The notes under the pieces were generated by a model, which did not search any database, was not told where the DNA came from, and saw nothing but the letters and a program-made list of their open reading frames with translations. A program made the position numbers and the translations under genes. From an uncultured Gammaproteobacteria bacterium (GTDB taxonomy: Bacteria; Patescibacteriota; Patescibacteriia; Magasanikbacterales; UBA922): a stretch of 64,000 bases of DNA. The stretch is taken from positions 375,632 through 439,631 of the forward strand of contig CAYFPM010000001.1 in assembly GCA_964345045.1 (NCBI GenBank), written 5' to 3'. This document shows, piece by piece, positions 1 to 8,889 of the stretch (position 1 is the first letter of the stretch; each line of letters opens with the position of its first letter).

Positions 1-92
1 TAGATAATAAAAATATTTTTTTCATAAGTTAATAGTTACGAATAATTTAGCTTATGGTATAATATAGCAACTTTAGCGTCAAATCAAAAAAT

Positions 93-1061
93 ATGTACGA
101 CATAATTACAATTGGAGATACTACTGTAGATGTTTTTTTGGATGTAGATGAAAAAACCAAGCTTTGCAAAATGGACAAAGATAAAGAATGGCTAAATATA
201 AGATACGCTTCCAAAGTGCCAATTCGTCATGTAAACCAAGTGGCCGGAACCGGGAACGCCGCCAATGTGGCTCATGGTACTAGTCGATTGGGACTTCGTA
301 CCGCTATCTATACAGTACTAGGTGGAGACGACAAAGGCCAAGAAATACAAACCAAATTTGTGAGTAGCAATATAGATACCAAATATATAAAAGTAGAAAA
401 AGACACCGATACCAACATGTCGGTGATAATAGATTACAAGGGAGATCGTACTGCTCTGGTTCACCACGAAGATAGAGAATACAAACTACCCCGATTTTCC
501 AAACCAAAATGGATTTATTTTTCTTCTGTTTGTGGCAATCACAAAGACATAAACAAAGAAATAAACAATTATGTAAAACAAAAAAAAGTAAAATTAGCTT
601 TTAACCCCGGATCTTTGCAAATGCGTTTGGGTGCCAAAGGACTTAGACCAATTTTGTCTGTAGCCGAAGTGGTTTTTCTCAATCGCGAAGAAGCCGAAAA
701 GTTAACTACCAAAAATAGAAATATTAGAAAATTATTACAAGCCGTAAAAAAATTAGGCCCCAAAGTAGTAGTAATTACCGATGGCCGAGAAGGTTCTTAT
801 TGCTATAATGGTAAAAACATGTATCATGTAGGTATTATAGATTTGCCAGTAGTAGAAAGAACCGGCTGTGGCGATGCTTATGCCAGTGGTTTTACTTCGG
901 CTTTGTTTTACGATTTGGATATAAGAGAAGCTATGCGATGGGGGAGTGCCAATGGAGCTCATGCCGCTATGGAGATAGGATCACAAGATGGATTACTTCA
1001 CAAAAAACAGTTAGAAAATATGTTACGCAGACATAGTCATTTGCAACCCAAAAATATATGA
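93..1061 (+). CDS. PfkB-family carbohydrate kinase (ribokinase-like)
   Basis: 322 aa with N-terminal ITIGDTTVD and C-terminal GCGDAYASGF (PfkB signature 2-like); size fits the family. Confidence 0.75.
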   Translation: MYDIITIGDTTVDVFLDVDEKTKLCKMDKDKEWLNIRYASKVPIRHVNQVAGTGNAANVAHGTSRLGLRTAIYTVLGGDDKGQEIQTKFVSSNIDTKYIKVEKDTDTNMSVIIDYKGDRTALVHHEDREYKLPRFSKPKWIYFSSVCGNHKDINKEINNYVKQKKVKLAFNPGSLQMRLGAKGLRPILSVAEVVFLNREEAEKLTTKNRNIRKLLQAVKKLGPKVVVITDGREGSYCYNGKNMYHVGIIDLPVVERTGCGDAYASGFTSALFYDLDIREAMRWGSANGAHAAMEIGSQDGLLHKKQLENMLRRHSHLQPKNI

Positions 1062-1456
1062 AGTCTATTGTATATCTAAAATTAATTTTGGTTTCTGCTA
1101 TTTTTTATTCAATTCTTATGCTACCTTTTGTAGCCAACAAATGTCTGCAAAAAGAGGTTCATATCAATTTTTTTGAAAATAATACAGAAACAGTTTGCCC
1201 CAAAATGACCAATGGCATTTTGAAAGTTGCCATGTCTCATATGAATATAGTTTTGGGAGTAATGGCCACGATTATTGTCAAATTCTTTTTTGAATTAACT
1301 GTAAAAAGAAATTTGGAAAAATTAAAATATTTTTTTGAAAATTTTTCTTATATTTCGCAAACCCTCAAAGAAAGTTTGTTATTGGCAAAGATAATCATAA
1401 GCAAATTATTTTATTTTTTATTAGGTGGTAAGCTACATCCAAAAGTCTATTATTAA
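1058..1456 (+). CDS. hypothetical small membrane protein (weak)
   Basis: 132-aa ORF overlapping the PfkB stop by 4 nt; hydrophobic, low-complexity; no recognisable motif. Confidence 0.25.
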   Translation: MKSIVYLKLILVSAIFYSILMLPFVANKCLQKEVHINFFENNTETVCPKMTNGILKVAMSHMNIVLGVMATIIVKFFFELTVKRNLEKLKYFFENFSYISQTLKESLLLAKIIISKLFYFLLGGKLHPKVYY

Positions 1457-1463
1457 TAACACT

Positions 1464-1500
1464 GATTACACAGATTTTATCGAAAGGATTACGCAGATTT
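1464..1500. promoter_or_regulatory. tandem GATTAC(A/G)CAGATTT motif (2 direct copies, 23 bp apart)
   Basis: gattacacagatttt at 1464 and gattacgcagattt at 1487, upstream of dsbB. The same 14-mer recurs near 46981, 47004 and 57652. Confidence 0.4.
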
Positions 1501-1563
1501 GAACTATCTTAATTGTTTATTAATATCCTACATAAGTATATAATAGTTATTTATTAATAGATT

Positions 1564-2127
1564 ATGCTTACAAAATATGTTACGACAGGCCTGTCTATAT
1601 TAACTATAGCAGGAGATATCATTATAGTTCTTTTTATTCTAGATTGGTTGTTTGGATTATACTCCAAAAAGAAAGAACTAACCTTGTTTCCAATGATTTG
1701 GAAAAAGATAAAGGAGAAAACAGGGGAGTATGCTTTGCTCGTGGCTTCTATCGCTACTCTGGGTAGTTTGTATTATTCCGAAGTGGCTGGTTATAACCCT
1801 TGCAAACTGTGTTGGTACCAAAGAATATTTATGTATCCACAAGTGCTAATGTTCTTGATTCATACCAAGATCCGAGACAAAACTATTTATTTATATTCTT
1901 TAGTTTTGTCTGCTTTTGGGGGTCTTATTGCAGCTTATCACTATTATATCCAAGTGTTTCCAGAACACACTCCAGAGGGGTGTTCGGTAGTAGGTTATGC
2001 TTCTAGTTGTTCGGATAATTTTTTACTACATTTTGGATATATATCTATACCCATGATGGCTTTGACAGCATTTTTGCTGTTGGTGATTTTTTCACTACTA
2101 AAGCTAGATTGGGTAAAAACAAAGTAG
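1564..2127 (+). CDS. disulfide bond formation protein B (DsbB/BdbC family)
   Basis: 187 aa, polytopic membrane protein with CKLCWYQRIFMYP (BdbC-type CxxC-WYQR motif) and a second Cys pair (CSVVGYASSC). Confidence 0.7.
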   Translation: MLTKYVTTGLSILTIAGDIIIVLFILDWLFGLYSKKKELTLFPMIWKKIKEKTGEYALLVASIATLGSLYYSEVAGYNPCKLCWYQRIFMYPQVLMFLIHTKIRDKTIYLYSLVLSAFGGLIAAYHYYIQVFPEHTPEGCSVVGYASSCSDNFLLHFGYISIPMMALTAFLLLVIFSLLKLDWVKTK

Positions 2128-2208
2128 TCTTACAAACCTTATAATCCACATTTGACGAGGATCAAAGAGGTTGTTATAGTTATTTAACTTTTAAAATATT
2201 AATAATAT

Positions 2209-2967
2209 ATGGAAAAACACTCAAATTCACCTTTGGGGGATATGTCTCCAACTAAAATGTTTGCAGTAGGAGCTGTGGCCGGGATTTTGGTACTATGTAC
2301 TATTGGATTTTTTATCCTACTCGGAATAGTGCTAAATGGGGATTCTGCCAAATCGGGTTCAAACGGCAATATAAAAGTGGTAGAACAACCAAGTAATAAT
2401 GGCGCTGGGGCAGGTAATCAAGCACCTACTCCTCCTGCCGGAGAAGTTCCTGCTGTTACAGAAGATGATCATATAAAGGGTGGCAAAAATGCCAAAGTTA
2501 CTTTGATCGAGTATTCTGATTTTGAATGTCCATTCTGTGTTAGATTTGTGCCAACTCTACAACAAGTCGAACAAGAATATGGTGATGATGTTCGTATAGT
2601 GTATCGTCACTTCCCATTGTCATTTCACCCAGAAGCTACTCCATCGGCCGAAGCTTCGGAATGTGCGGCAGAACAAGGTAAATTTTGGGAATTTCACGAT
2701 GTTTTGTTTGAAAACCAAACTAGACTTGGTAGTAGCTTCTATACAGAAGTGGCACAAGACCTAGGTCTAAACATGAACAAGTTTAATGATTGTGTAAGTT
2801 CTAGAAAATACCAACAAAAAGTGATTGATCAGCAAAATGCTGGTGCTGTCGCCGGTGTAGGAGGCACCCCTCATACCTTTGTCGTGGGCAATGATGGTAG
2901 AGCTATCCCTGTTTCAGGAGCTTTGCCATTCTCTCAAATAAAAGCAACTATTGATTCTTTGCTATAG
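2209..2967 (+). CDS. DsbA-family thiol:disulfide oxidoreductase (thioredoxin fold, membrane-anchored)
   Basis: N-terminal TM helix followed by FECPFCVRF (CPFC active site) and DsbA-like spacing; lies directly downstream of the dsbB-like gene. Confidence 0.75.
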   Translation: MEKHSNSPLGDMSPTKMFAVGAVAGILVLCTIGFFILLGIVLNGDSAKSGSNGNIKVVEQPSNNGAGAGNQAPTPPAGEVPAVTEDDHIKGGKNAKVTLIEYSDFECPFCVRFVPTLQQVEQEYGDDVRIVYRHFPLSFHPEATPSAEASECAAEQGKFWEFHDVLFENQTRLGSSFYTEVAQDLGLNMNKFNDCVSSRKYQQKVIDQQNAGAVAGVGGTPHTFVVGNDGRAIPVSGALPFSQIKATIDSLL

Positions 2968-3021
2968 GCAAGCAAACAATAAAGCAAAAAAACCAGAAAG
3001 CAATAAAAATAGAATAGTAAA

Positions 3022-3048
3022 GCACCGGGGTTGTCCTGGTGCTTTTTA
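3022..3048 (+). terminator. rho-independent terminator after the dsbA-like gene
   Basis: gcaccggggttgtcctggtgc hairpin followed by TTTTT. Confidence 0.5.
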
Positions 3049-3103
3049 ATTAGTTGATTTAATGATTTAAAGTTTTTTTGCTTTATTGTTTTCTTGATTT
3101 CAT

Positions 3104-3175
3104 GTCACCCTTCGGGTGATCCCCGCCTGCCATGGTCTGAAGCCCAAGCGACTGGCGGGCAGGAGCCGAAGGCTG
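3104..3175. repeat. GC-rich hairpin element (UUCG-tetraloop hairpin plus second GC stem)
   Basis: gtcacccttcgggtgatc (stem CACCC/GGGTG with TTCG loop) is identical to an 18-mer at 24163. It is followed by ccgcctgcc...tggcgggcagg. The motif gactggcgggca also occurs at ~14200. Confidence 0.5.
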
Positions 3176-3206
3176 GCTTTAAAGCTTTTATGTTTTTTTG
3201 CTCTCG

Positions 3207-3224
3207 TGCTATAATGTAGCTACT
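3207..3224 (+). promoter_or_regulatory. extended -10 promoter (TGcTATAAT) abutting a start codon, possibly leaderless
   Basis: gtgctataat at 3207-3216; ATG at 3225 is 9 nt downstream, so the transcript may be leaderless. Confidence 0.3.
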
Positions 3225-5237
3225 ATGACCGCCCCGCAACTAAAACCAACCCATTCTTCCGAAGAAGACAAAGAAAATTTGTGCTTGTTTGCGCAGACCG
3301 ATTTTCGCAATCAGATGCGTCGTTTTGGTATAAAAACAGACGATCGACGTCGTCATATGTATGTAGTGGGCAAAACCGGTATGGGCAAGACCACCATGAT
3401 GGAAAACATGGTACTTCATGATATTTATAATGGACATGGAGTGGGAATTGTAGATCCTCATGGAGACTTTGCCGAAAAAATAATCAATTATATTCCACCA
3501 CACAGAATCAACGATGTGGTTTATTTCAATCCGGCCGACACCAGTTTCCCCATAGGATTTAATATTTTGGAAGTAAAAAATGATGAACAAAAACACTTGG
3601 TAGCTTCTGGACTTATGGCTACTTTCAAAAAGATTTGGCCGGATGTATGGAGTTCTAGAATGGAATACATCTTGAACAACACTCTTTTGGCACTTTTGGA
3701 CTATCCTGGTTCTACCTTGCTCGGGATAAATAGATTATTGGCTGACAAAGCCTACAGAAAAAAAGTTATTAGCAAATTGAAGGATCCGGTAGTAAAAGCT
3801 TTTTGGCAAAATGAATTTGCCAGCTATAACGACAGATATGCCCAAGAAGCTGTAGCTCCGATCCAAAACAAGATTGGTCAGTTTTTGTCTGCCAGTGTGA
3901 TTAGAAATATGGTAGCTCAGGTAAAATCAACTATAAACATCCGAGAAATTATGGATGGCCAAAAGATATTTGTAATGAATCTGTCCAAAGGTAGAATTGG
4001 AGAAGACAACAGTAGACTGCTTGGTGGTATGCTTATTACCGAAATCCAATTGGCTGCTATGGAAAGAGTAGACACTCCCGAACACGAAAGAAAAGATTTC
4101 TTTTTGTATGTAGACGAATTTCAAAACTTTGCTACCCCCAGTTTTGCCAATATTTTGTCCGAGGCTCGTAAATATCGCCTTAGTTTGATTATGGCGCACC
4201 AGTATATAAAACAGCTAGACGAAATAGTGGGGGATGCTGTGTTTGGGAACGTTGGTACTATTGTAACTTTTCGGGTGGGTGGTCCAGATGCCGAAGTTTT
4301 GGTAAAAGAATTTACTCCAACTTTTATGGAAGAAGATATTGTGAATCTAGAAAAGTTTCATATATTTTTGAAATTAATGATAAACGGAGTAGCTTCTCTA
4401 CCTTTTAGCGCTATGACTATGCCGCCAATTGGCTCGCCAACCGGTAGTGCCGAAAAAGTAATAAAAGTTTCTAGAGAAAGATATGCCAAAGACAAAAGCA
4501 GTATAGAAGACAAAATCACCAGGTGGAGTGGCATGGAGCCGGTAGAATCACAAGAAGAAGAATTTGATGTGGATACTACAAAAAGACCGCCCAAGAAAAA
4601 AGAATCCTCCAAAACAATATCGCTTAGTGATTTGAAACCAAAAGAAAATAATCCTCCAAAGGATAGTTCCAAAAAAACAAGTTCACAAAAACCAAAAGAA
4701 GAACGATCCTCTGCTTCTGATCGTCCAAAAGGAGACAAAGGGGCAGGAAATTCGTCTGCCGGCTTGGGACAAGAAAATAAAAATGGCCAAGCTGTAAGTG
4801 GTGGTGAGAGCCATGATTCGGAAAAGAAAAAAAGAAAACGAAAAAGAAAGAAAAAGAGTGAAGGCCAAAATAATGCTTCTTCTACAAATAATAATGGTAG
4901 TCAACCAAAACCAGAAGACACCCAAAAATCTCTATCCGAATTGCAATCGAGTAAACAAATAGAAAAGACTAATAAACAAGAAGAAGACTCGCCAGAAAAA
5001 CAAGAAACAACCAATACAGAGTATAAAATTAAAGATAGTAAACAACAGGTAGCAGACGTTGATGAAAAAATAGAATATAAGCAAGCTGTAGTAGAGAACA
5101 AAGATAATCAAGAAGAAAAAAACACAGAACCGATGATAAGTCTGGCAGACTTGTCGGAGAAAAAAGAAGACAAACCTACAGAAAACTCTGCCCCAAAAAA
5201 ATTAGACGAAAATGATATAATTAGTTTTGATTCTTAA
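3225..5237 (+). CDS. AAA-like ATPase of the VirD4/TraG/TraD coupling-protein type (DUF87/TraM-recognition-like) with long K/E/S-rich disordered C-terminal tail
   Basis: Walker A VVGKTGMGKTT; Walker B-like FLYVDEFQNF; C-terminal ~230 aa low-complexity lysine/glutamate/serine-rich region. The ORF track starts at TTG 3198; ATG 3225 is preferred. Confidence 0.55.
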   Translation: MTAPQLKPTHSSEEDKENLCLFAQTDFRNQMRRFGIKTDDRRRHMYVVGKTGMGKTTMMENMVLHDIYNGHGVGIVDPHGDFAEKIINYIPPHRINDVVYFNPADTSFPIGFNILEVKNDEQKHLVASGLMATFKKIWPDVWSSRMEYILNNTLLALLDYPGSTLLGINRLLADKAYRKKVISKLKDPVVKAFWQNEFASYNDRYAQEAVAPIQNKIGQFLSASVIRNMVAQVKSTINIREIMDGQKIFVMNLSKGRIGEDNSRLLGGMLITEIQLAAMERVDTPEHERKDFFLYVDEFQNFATPSFANILSEARKYRLSLIMAHQYIKQLDEIVGDAVFGNVGTIVTFRVGGPDAEVLVKEFTPTFMEEDIVNLEKFHIFLKLMINGVASLPFSAMTMPPIGSPTGSAEKVIKVSRERYAKDKSSIEDKITRWSGMEPVESQEEEFDVDTTKRPPKKKESSKTISLSDLKPKENNPPKDSSKKTSSQKPKEERSSASDRPKGDKGAGNSSAGLGQENKNGQAVSGGESHDSEKKKRKRKRKKKSEGQNNASSTNNNGSQPKPEDTQKSLSELQSSKQIEKTNKQEEDSPEKQETTNTEYKIKDSKQQVADVDEKIEYKQAVVENKDNQEEKNTEPMISLADLSEKKEDKPTENSAPKKLDENDIISFDS

Positions 5238-5248
5238 TTTTTATTAAT

Positions 5249-5662
5249 ATGAATATAAAAAGAGCCCTTGGCTTTGGTGTTATGATGTGGATACTGATTT
5301 TTGTAGCAGTGTCTATTATCATGTTTTTACCTTTTTTAGAGGGGCGAGAAGTTTTGCCTTATCTTATTTATTGGGTAGTTTTGGTACCGATGGTACTTTT
5401 TTCTGCCAAGTGGTATTTTCGGGTAGATCCCCCAACTCTTAAAAAAGGGTTTTTTCTTGGAGTGATAGGTGTTTTGGTGGGAACTGTTTTGGATCTAATT
5501 ATTACAATTCCTTTGTTTATTGCCCAAGACATCTCTTATGCAGAAGGTTTGAAAGAGTTTTATGGTATTTGGCCGTTTTGGGTGTCTCTGGCCTGGTTTA
5601 TTTTGCTCTGTGCCTATGCTGGTTGGGAGTTCGATGGTACGTTTAGTAAAAAAGGAAAATAA
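5249..5662 (+). CDS. hypothetical 4-TM membrane protein
   Basis: 137 aa, four hydrophobic helices; AT-rich host-like composition. Confidence 0.45.
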   Translation: MNIKRALGFGVMMWILIFVAVSIIMFLPFLEGREVLPYLIYWVVLVPMVLFSAKWYFRVDPPTLKKGFFLGVIGVLVGTVLDLIITIPLFIAQDISYAEGLKEFYGIWPFWVSLAWFILLCAYAGWEFDGTFSKKGK

Positions 5663-5759
5663 AAGTATTTAGCTATATTAAACAGATTTGTTGGGTATAT
5701 CTTGACAAGTCTGTTTTTTTTTGATAAGTTCAAATATCGCATAGATGTGGAGGTCAAAT

Positions 5760-6260
5760 ATGCGTATCGTAGACATGTTTAGTTTTCTGTTGTTCCTTTT
5801 GGGGCTTTGTAAAAAAAGTCCGGTACCTCTGTGGTACTTGGAGATCAAGCTCAAAAGACAAAAATTCACTCCTAAGACCCCCGAATGGGCAAAGTGGACG
5901 CCCCTTGAGCCCTGCTGGCATGAGACTGGTAGAGAAAAACGGGGAGCCATAAGTTTCCGAATCAGGGGGGACTTGATTCTGAGGAACGATGGTACGGCCG
6001 TGATCTTGAGCAGAGTTTCTAGTGCTAGGACACTAGAGCTGTGTGCTCTTCACACCGGGCAAGGAGTCCCGAGTGGAGAAGAAGCCAGACTGCGTGACCT
6101 AGCCAAAGATATTTTTTCTCGAGAACTATCTGAAGTGACAATCTCACCAAATCTCACGGCAGCCGGGATCTTTCGATTTGTTCGAGAGGAAAATATGTTT
6201 TCTGCCTATGTAAATGGCATTGCTTGTGAATATCGCCAAGCACGCCAATACGGTCAGTAG
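5760..6260 (+). CDS. GC-rich hypothetical secreted/lipoprotein-like protein (foreign-looking cassette gene)
   Basis: GGAGG 6 nt upstream of ATG 5760; TTGACA-17-TAAGTT promoter at 5702-5730; N-terminal hydrophobic segment ending LLGLC; local GC about 50% vs ~33% in flanks. Confidence 0.4.
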   Translation: MRIVDMFSFLLFLLGLCKKSPVPLWYLEIKLKRQKFTPKTPEWAKWTPLEPCWHETGREKRGAISFRIRGDLILRNDGTAVILSRVSSARTLELCALHTGQGVPSGEEARLRDLAKDIFSRELSEVTISPNLTAAGIFRFVREENMFSAYVNGIACEYRQARQYGQ

Positions 6261-6369
6261 AGTTCCTTGTGTGATCTCTCCACAAAAAAATCACCCAAAA
6301 TCAAAAGAACACCATTATATGGTGTCTTTTTGTATTTGGAATGGAGTGGCTCGGATCCTACTCGAGCCG

Positions 6370-6582
6370 CTAGTGGAGGGGATCGCTGGGGTTGGGACCA
6401 GCTTGATTCTCTCCGAGATGGAGACAACGTAGCTTCCAAGTATTGAAGGCATCTTCTTGCTCCGTCATCGGAGCGGCTCTTCCAGTTCGGAAGTATCCTT
6501 TGCCCTGGAGAGCCTTTCTTATGGTAGCAGAATCGGTTCGAGGAGGTGCCTGCCTTTTTTGGGTAATGGTAGCTTGAGCCAT
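6370..6582 (-). CDS. GC-rich hypothetical small protein (70 aa), convergent with the 5760 gene
   Basis: AAGGAG 9 nt upstream of ATG (minus strand). Minus-strand TTGACA-17-TATAAG promoter lies at ~6625-6660. Confidence 0.3.
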   Translation of the reverse strand: MAQATITQKRQAPPRTDSATIRKALQGKGYFRTGRAAPMTEQEDAFNTWKLRCLHLGENQAGPNPSDPLH

Positions 6583-6709
6583 CCGTGTCTTCTCCTTCTG
6601 GAATGTCTGTGACCATCTGGTCAATTTCCTTATACCAAAAATTATATCACTTGTCAAGAGTATCGGCAAGCTTGAAAGAAAAAATTGCCTATGTTAAGGT
6701 TTAGGCATT

Positions 6710-7795
6710 ATGAATAATGCAGACAAAGAAAAACTGTTTAGATTGGCCTTTTGGGGCTTCTTTTTTGTACTCCTGTTTAACGAAGCTTTGCCTTTTGTAG
6801 CTATTGTTTTGGCAATTTATCTGTTGTACAAAAAATCCAAAGGACAAAATCCAATCCCACCAAGCTTGGGCAAACACTTGCCAGAAGATTGGTATTTAAA
6901 AATTAATAATTATTTTGGTGCCAAAAGTGCCAGAGAAGAAAATATTATGGAAACAATAAGACCAAAAAGTGTAAAAAAATTTAAAGGAGTGGTATTTTTG
7001 GCAATCGTACTCATTGTAATTTTGCCGTTTGTTGGTTCTTTTTTTACGATCATTGATGCTGGTGAAACCGGGGTAAGAAGTTTTTTTGGAAAAGTAAGAG
7101 ACAAAGAATTTTCTTCTGGTTTCCACCTAAAAAATCCTTTGGAAAGAGTTACCAAGATGAATATACGAACCCAAGAGTACACCATGAGTATTGCTCACTC
7201 CGAAGGCAAAAGAGTTGGTGATGATTCTATTGCTGCTCTTACCAAAGAAGGTCTGCAAGTAGATTTGGACATTACCGTATTGTTTAGCTTGGTAGAAAAC
7301 AAAGCTTCCGATGTGTACAAAGAAGTTGGCTTAAGTTACGAAGATGTAATAATTAGACCGCAAATAAGAAGTACGATTCGCGAGGTAATCGCCGAATACC
7401 AAGCCAAAGATATTTATTCGGAAAAACGTCAAGAAGCAGCACAAAAGATTTTGGAAAAATTGAAAAAAAGCGTAGATCCTAGAGGGGTAGAAGTAGAAGA
7501 TGTACTACTTCGAAATGTGCAGTTGCCATCTGGCTTGGCCGAAAGTATCCAAGAAAAATTACAAGCCGAACAAGATGCAGAAAGATATAACTTTGTGCTA
7601 GAAAAAGAAGCCAAAGAAGCCGAGAGAAAAAGAATAGAAGCCGAAGGGCAAAGAGATGCTCAGCAAATAATTAATCAAAGTTTGACTCCTAGATATTTGG
7701 AATTCTTGTACATAAATAGTCTAAAAGACAGAGAAGGCACTATCTATGTCCCAACAAATTCGAACAATGGTTTGCCATTATTTCGTGGTATCTAA
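6710..7795 (+). CDS. SPFH/band-7 domain protein (prohibitin/HflK/C-like)
   Basis: TM anchor then SPFH core (GETGVRSFFGKVRDKEF...LTKEGLQVDLDITVLF...) and C-terminal coiled-coil EAERKRIEAEGQRDAQ. Alternative start at METIRPK (~6949). Confidence 0.75.
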   Translation: MNNADKEKLFRLAFWGFFFVLLFNEALPFVAIVLAIYLLYKKSKGQNPIPPSLGKHLPEDWYLKINNYFGAKSAREENIMETIRPKSVKKFKGVVFLAIVLIVILPFVGSFFTIIDAGETGVRSFFGKVRDKEFSSGFHLKNPLERVTKMNIRTQEYTMSIAHSEGKRVGDDSIAALTKEGLQVDLDITVLFSLVENKASDVYKEVGLSYEDVIIRPQIRSTIREVIAEYQAKDIYSEKRQEAAQKILEKLKKSVDPRGVEVEDVLLRNVQLPSGLAESIQEKLQAEQDAERYNFVLEKEAKEAERKRIEAEGQRDAQQIINQSLTPRYLEFLYINSLKDREGTIYVPTNSNNGLPLFRGI

Positions 7796-7938
7796 AAATT
7801 GACTTGTTGATACTGGCTTGATACAATAGGCGCGCAACTAGGGTGAATAATCTAAGATGGATAAAACATCGTCTGTTGCTGTTTGGATTAGTGTCTAATC
7901 CAAAAAAAGGTCGGTTTAATAAAAAACAAGTACAATTT

Positions 7939-8223
7939 ATGGACCAAGGTGACAGACAAATGTACGAAGTAAACGAAAAATGTGCAGAATGTGGTGCGGC
8001 TATTACAAAGCTTCCATTTCAACCAAGTGGTGACAAACCGCTTTACTGCTCAGATTGTCTTCGTGCCAAACGTCAAAACAATCGCGATCGCGCTCCACGT
8101 CAAATGTTTGACGTAGATCTAAAATGTGGGGAATGTGGTGCTGCTATTACACAGCTTCCGTTCCAACCATCTGGTGATCGTCCTGTTTACTGCTTTGACT
8201 GTGTCAAAGCTAGACGTAACTAG
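7939..8223 (+). CDS. tandem zinc-ribbon protein (2x CxxC-x17-CxxC)
   Basis: Two near-identical repeats KC(A/G)ECGAAIT(K/Q)LPFQPSGD(K/R)P(L/V)YC(S/F)DC; the longest ORF starts at 7843; lies immediately upstream of the ECF sigma gene. Confidence 0.55.
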   Translation: MDQGDRQMYEVNEKCAECGAAITKLPFQPSGDKPLYCSDCLRAKRQNNRDRAPRQMFDVDLKCGECGAAITQLPFQPSGDRPVYCFDCVKARRN

Positions 8224-8313
8224 TTTGCAAAAGCAAATTAATCAAAACCACTGGAATTTCCAGTGGTTTTTTGTTTGTTGAAATAAAATAGAGAATATGT
8301 TGTAGTAAAGAGT

Positions 8314-8889
8314 ATGAAACAAGCCGAAATGCAAGCAAAAAGTGACGAGGAAATAGTGAAGATAGTTCAAAATGGGGATGTAGAGGCCTTTGGCCTATTG
8401 GTAAATAGGTTTGAAAAAAAAATGCTTAGGTATGCCAAAAAGTTTTTGTTCGATGCGACAGAGGCCGAAGACTTGGTACAAGAAGTGTTTTTAAAAGCTT
8501 ATACCAACATCCAAAGTTTTGATACTAAAAAACCTTTTTCTCCTTGGCTTTATCGCATAGCCCACAATACATATATAAATGCCGGTAAGAAGAAAAAAAA
8601 TGAACCACTGGGATTTTTTGATTTTGATTTTTTGTCTACCTTTTTTAGTCGTGGCAAAAATGTAGAAGAAAATATAAAAGAAGAAGAGATAAAAGAAATG
8701 GTAAATAAATGTTTGTTTGAACTGGACAAAAAATATCGTGAGGTGATAGTTTTGTATTTTTTGGAAGAAATGGACTACAAAGCTATTTCGGACATTTTGC
8801 ATATTCCTACTTCTACCGTGGGAGTACGATTAAGCCGAGGCAAACAAAAATTGAAAAAAATATATTTGGACAAATATGGAAAAAAATAA
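8314..8889 (+). CDS. RNA polymerase sigma-70 factor, ECF subfamily
   Basis: Region 2 (EDLVQEVFLKAY...FSPWLYRIAHNTYIN) and region 4 HTH (YREVIVLYFLEEMDYKAISDILHIPTSTVGVRLSRGKQKL). Confidence 0.85.
   Translation: MKQAEMQAKSDEEIVKIVQNGDVEAFGLLVNRFEKKMLRYAKKFLFDATEAEDLVQEVFLKAYTNIQSFDTKKPFSPWLYRIAHNTYINAGKKKKNEPLGFFDFDFLSTFFSRGKNVEENIKEEEIKEMVNKCLFELDKKYREVIVLYFLEEMDYKAISDILHIPTSTVGVRLSRGKQKLKKIYLDKYGKK

Noticed and set aside
3240-5101. Several minus-strand ORFs (3240..3596, 3927..4199, 4358..4738, 4683..4925, 4901..5101)
   Set aside because: All antisense to the long VirD4/TraG-like CDS, with low-complexity translations.
5810-5830. RNase P P4-like AAAGUCCGG word
   Set aside because: No CR-II (GGUAAGAGCGCACC) or CR-V (ACAGAACCCGGCUUA) partner with correct pairing or spacing.
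5975-6000. tmRNA-like 5' word GGGGGGACUUGAUUCUGAGGAACGAUGG (resembles GGGGCUGAUUCUGGAUUCGACGGG)
   Set aside because: No matching acceptor 3' end/CCA or T-arm within 300-400 nt on either strand, no tag-peptide ORF ending in AA-stop. The region is better explained by an SD-led 166-aa ORF (5760..6260).
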